Shown here: piece after piece, positions 59,901 to 64,000 of the stretch
Layout: the number at the start of each line of letters is the position of its first letter
Numbering within the stretch: the stretch's first letter is position 1
NCBI GenBank assembly: GCA_903813345.2
Contig: CAIIXF020000001.1
Coordinates: 36,518,001 to 36,582,000, forward strand
Length of the DNA stretch: 64,000 nucleotides
Reading direction: 5' to 3'
Source of the DNA: Owenia fusiformis
Taxonomy: Eukaryota
Program-made: the position numbers and the translations under genes
Notes under the pieces: model-generated
Database searches by the model: none
Seen by the model: only the letters and a program-made list of their open reading frames with translations
What the model was told of the DNA's origin: nothing

Positions 59901-62900
59901 TTAAAGGTTCCTTCACTTCAAAATGGATATATTGTTGTTAAAAATCACTCATTCACAATTTTTGAGATACATAGTTCACTTTCTATGTTTTAGATCTGCC
60001 CGGGAAGCAGAGAACCTTGTCAGGAAGGCCCTTGAGGCTGGAGAGATTCTACCAGAACAACAGAGATTTGACTCTAACTGTATCACACCTGGTGGGTTGA
60101 ATGTATTAACACCACAAACCAAAAAGTTGAGCACAAGATGCTGTGTTCACTTCAATATTGAAACAAGTTTGGACTGTACCCACTTGAGATTTCAAAAATA
60201 CGATTGCACCTTGACTTTAGAGTACATTTGCACCCACTTGAAAATAACAAAATGGATGATAATTGGAAAGAGTTAGGCAAAACTTGAATATGAGTGTTGA
60301 GAAAAATTGGAGGGAAGTTTATAATTTGCAATTCCATCATACTAAGTATTATTGTTGTGTAATTACAGGCACAGAATTTATGCAGAGACTACAAGATCAG
60401 CTGAAGTACTTTGTCACCAATAAAGTGTCAACTGACAAAATGTGGCAGGGATGTAGGGTTTATCTCAGTGGACATGAGGTTAGTTACAGAACAATCAATT
60501 TATTTGTGTTCCTCTTGTAATTGGTCAGTCCTTTCAGAATTTCATAAAACTTTCCTTGGCATCATAGCTGCAAAATCTTCAGAAATGGTCAAAGTGGAGC
60601 TGATGACTATTCACGATATATAGGAGATAGTGAACAAGATCTTTCATTTCCAGGTGCCAGGTGAGGGAGAGCACAAAGTGATGGACTTCATTAGATATGA
60701 GAAGTCCCAGCCAGGATATGACCCCAACACAAGACATTGCCTCTATGGTCTTGATGCTGATCTGGTATGTTCTTGTAGTTTTTTATAGACTCTCATTATT
60801 TCATTTTGTGATAAGCATAGATCGTGATTGGCCTAGACTAAAGAAATATGCAGTAGCAAAAAATCTGATCATACGGACCATTAGGGTTGGTATTATCATT
60901 TTTTTAAATATGTGAAAAACGGTATATCAACAGTTCAGGTTACTTTCTGAACATCCTTCATATGCTGTAAATGTCCGTTTGTAAGGAGTATCATATTATG
61001 CTGTTAAAAGAGTTTTCATATTTAAACTATCATGTTGTTTATCTATGTTTTATTTAACTTTTACTCAATGTTTATAGATTATGCTTGGGCTGATATCTCA
61101 CGAGCCACATTTTTCACTGCTCAGAGAAGAAGTTAGATTTGGAGGAAAAAATAACCAAAAAAGGTAGGCAATATTTGTAAAACATATAGTGTATTGATTT
61201 GATGAATTATTTGCTAAGTAAGCTAGTTATGAAAGAAGAACAGCTTAATCATTGAATAATAACAATAAATGTTATTCAATGATTTCTTGTAAAAATAGAA
61301 AATATTAATTATGAACTTTTTCTCTATTTTGCTGAAATCATCGATTAACTTATAATATCATGTACCAAATAATTCAGTTTTACTGAAACTTAAATCAAAT
61401 TAAATCTTTGTAATGTTATGTGATGTAATGTTATGCTAGTGTTACATAATTCTATTTCAGAGCTACATCTGCCGAAGAAACTGTGTTCCACTTACTCCAC
61501 TTGACTTTACTCAGAGAATATTTAGACTTTGAATTTGCTAGTCTCAAAGGCAACCTTCCATTTGACTACAACATAGAGAATATCATAGATGATTGGGTCC
61601 TTATGGGCTTTCTTGTGGGGAATGATTTCATCCCACATTTACCTGATATGCACATTAAGAATGATGCATTGCCATTATTGTGGAAGACATATATGGAGGC
61701 TTTGCCACAGATGGATGGTTATATCAATGAGAATGGACATCTCAATCTGCCACGATTCAAGAAATACCTGGAAGTTTTATCAAGAGTGAGTGCAGTATCT
61801 TTATCTTGTTTCTCTGTATGGTGATTTTATGTGTAGAAACTCAATGAAATTTTTCATCGAGTTTGTACACATAAAATCACCATGCAGAGAAATGCGAATT
61901 ATCATGGTATGAAAAATGCGAATTCAATAATTCAAATGCGAATTATCATGGTATGAAAGTGTTCTCATATATCTTTGGGTATTTGTTTCAGTATGATATT
62001 GAGAACTTCAGTAACCAATACTTTGACCTGAAGTGGTTGGAAGGGAAAGGTGCCAGCTCTGGAGCCAAACTACCAAGATTAGAGAAACTTAAAGCAAACA
62101 AACCTGTGAGTACATTGGCAGAATACTATGAAGTTTAGGTTATGAGGTTGACAAAGAAAAGAATTTTTGGGATGCACTTGTACAATTTCATATTAGTTTA
62201 TAATGAGTAATTTGCACTCCATTGATTAGTATAAAAGGGTGGTACTACTATAAGGATTGGAAGAATAATCAAATCTTAAAGTAAAACTCAAAAGTTATGG
62301 TTATTTGGAATTTTTTTAGAGCGTACAAACAGCAAACCAGTTTTCCGCATTAGATGGCAGCACTGAAACTCCTGAAATATCCCAAGAGAATGATGATATC
62401 ATGGTTTTTGGTAAGTCACATCGTATGCTTCTGAATGGACTGATAAAAAGAAATAATGGTAGTTTTTCAAAAAATGTACAAAGCAGTGGCGTAGCGTCAT
62501 ATACGCATAAAACGCCATAGCGTACTCTCAAAGTTTAGAGAAACGTGAATTTTTGATATTGAAATGACCAATATTCTGAAGTAATGGCCTAACATTTTAT
62601 TATTCCACATTATTTTTTCGTAGTCGGAATTTCGTATTTTAAAACGCCCCAGAACGCTTCAAATGCAATCTAATTTTTTCAAATTTTCTTGGGGGAAAGA
62701 GCCCCCCCCCTCAAAGCTCGTTCGCTTTGCTCACTCGTGGCGTACACTCATAAAATACCCACGCTACGCCACTGCAAAGTATGTTGCATCGATCTGTTTG
62801 AGCAGCAATAAAAAAATTAACATTTTTAAAATTCTTTATAAAATGCAATTTAAATGTTTGTAGTGTCGCTTTACTTTCATGATTTAAAAAAGAAAATCTT

Positions 62901-63685
62901 AAAAATTGAATACAGTATTAAGTATTAATTTGAGATACTCTGTAGTTTACATTTCAACACTTTTTGAAATTCTCTAGTTCATATTTCTCAATATATTTGA
63001 GATGCATTTTTGCATGCGATTAAATTTTGCTTTATTACCGAAATTGTAATTTCTCAAAATTAAAACTCACGAAATTAAGCGGGGGTACAACAATATTGAG
63101 TAAAACTGACACTGTGCAAAAGAGATGGTTATGTAAGGCTTTCCTGCTATGATTGCAGACTTCTCAGATGATGAGCAAGATGATGTAGAAGAATACACTA
63201 GTAGCGAAGACGATGACGAAGAAGATGATGATGATGGCTTCAAAAAAGCCTTTACAAAATTTAAGAGACACTACTATATGGATAAACTTAAAATCAAAAA
63301 AGTGACACCGTGAGTCAATATATTCAGCTGAACTAGATGTTTAGTGTGTTATAAGAGGTTGTAATGGAATCTCTGAAAAATATTGCAATATATTCTTTTT
63401 TATATCCATAACACTTGCATTTATAAATGAGAATAAATCCTCAATATCGATTTCCATGTTGAAATTAGTTGTACATTTAACCTTTGTTTTTTTATTATGT
63501 AAACATTATGAAATGTATAGTATTTCTAATAATTATTTTCATACTTTGCTAATGGGTTAATTGCTCATTTAAAATCTTGCAAATTTGAATTCCAGTGAAG
63601 CATTACAAGAACAGGCTGTTGGCTATGTAAGGGGAATACAATGGATCTTACATTACTATTACAATGGTGTTCCTTCTTGGAGCTG
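56986..63685 (+). CDS. XRN1: 5'-3' exoribonuclease 1, 3'-partial
   Basis: Exons 56986-57060 ([25 protein letters not shown]), 59350-59481 ([21 protein letters not shown]), 59699-59799 ([19 protein letters not shown]), 59994-60091 (FDSNCITPG), 60369-60478, 60654-60764 (VPGEGEHK...YGLDADL), 61078-61163, 61461-61785 ([10 protein letters not shown]), 61992-62105, 62320-62410, 63159-63309, 63596-63685 ([11 protein letters not shown]). The gene continues beyond the window. Confidence 0.96.
57255..58224. mobile_element. ~970-bp element in XRN1 intron 1 with ~165-bp inverted arms, each capped by a short palindrome
   Basis: 57270-57433 is the reverse complement of 58045-58210. End palindromes are CAAAGCTATCTC-ctga-GAGATAGCTTTG and CATAGCCATCT-atctaa-AGATGGCTATG. 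Confidence 0.75.
58241..58390 (-). repeat. Dispersed repeat fragment, inverted relative to ~42020-42170
   Basis: TTGCATTCGTTCGACTTCACTTCTTAAAAGAGAGCTTCATCTTCACTCTTTCA is the reverse complement of TGAAAGAGTGAAGACGAAGCTCTCTTTTAAGAAGTGAAGTCAAACGAATGCAA with few mismatches. Confidence 0.75.
62484..62774. mobile_element. MITE with CAGTGGCGTAGCGT termini and 5-bp TSD (CAAAG) in an XRN1 intron
   Basis: caaag|CAGTGGCGTAGCGT ... ACGCTACGCCACTG|caaag. Confidence 0.8.
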
Positions 63686-64000
63686 GTGAGTTGATTCATG
63701 TTCTTTCAAGAGATGGTTGATTCACATTGTATATATAACCTATAACACATTACACCTTGAATCTGGAACACCTTAAACCTGACTTAAATCTTAAATCTTA
63801 TTTTTAAAGTTACAGAGATTTAAAGGAAAGCAAACAACCATTTTCTTTGTAAAATAAGTACTGGAATCATTTTCAATTAAATCTCAGAAAAATTAAGTAT
63901 ATTATTTATTGTTTTGTCAACTTAAGTACATTACTATCTTTTCATTTGAGGATCGGGGGTTGATGAACCATGCAAGGTTGACCAGTCAGAAAAGATTATA

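Overview
AT-rich, intron-containing animal DNA, probably an invertebrate (the species cannot be determined from this window). Contents from left to right: (1) the 3' part of a large multi-exon astacin metalloprotease gene (+, <83-14122; astacin-TSP1-WSC-like-7xTSP1-LamG-EGF-LamG) whose visible catalytic domain has no cysteines; (2) an intact TCF19-like FHA+PHD gene (-, 18855-27357) head-to-head with a broken TMEM222 copy; (3) a 6.1-kb junction block containing a minisatellite, a THAP-encoding TIR element and a well-formed type I hammerhead ribozyme motif; (4) a second copy of the promoter-spanning segment (38484-50454, matching 23001-32372) in which TCF19 is truncated and TE-interrupted while TMEM222 (+, 49240-52113) is intact; (5) a long-TIR mariner remnant and other TIR elements; (6) the 5' part of XRN1 (+, 56986 to beyond the window end). 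The main results are the partial tandem duplication that gives each gene of a bidirectional pair its own promoter copy, the hammerhead beside the duplication breakpoint, and the cysteine-free astacin domain. Exon boundaries were read by eye from GT/AG sites and frame continuity. TE superfamily labels are inferred from termini and target-site duplications, not from database searches.
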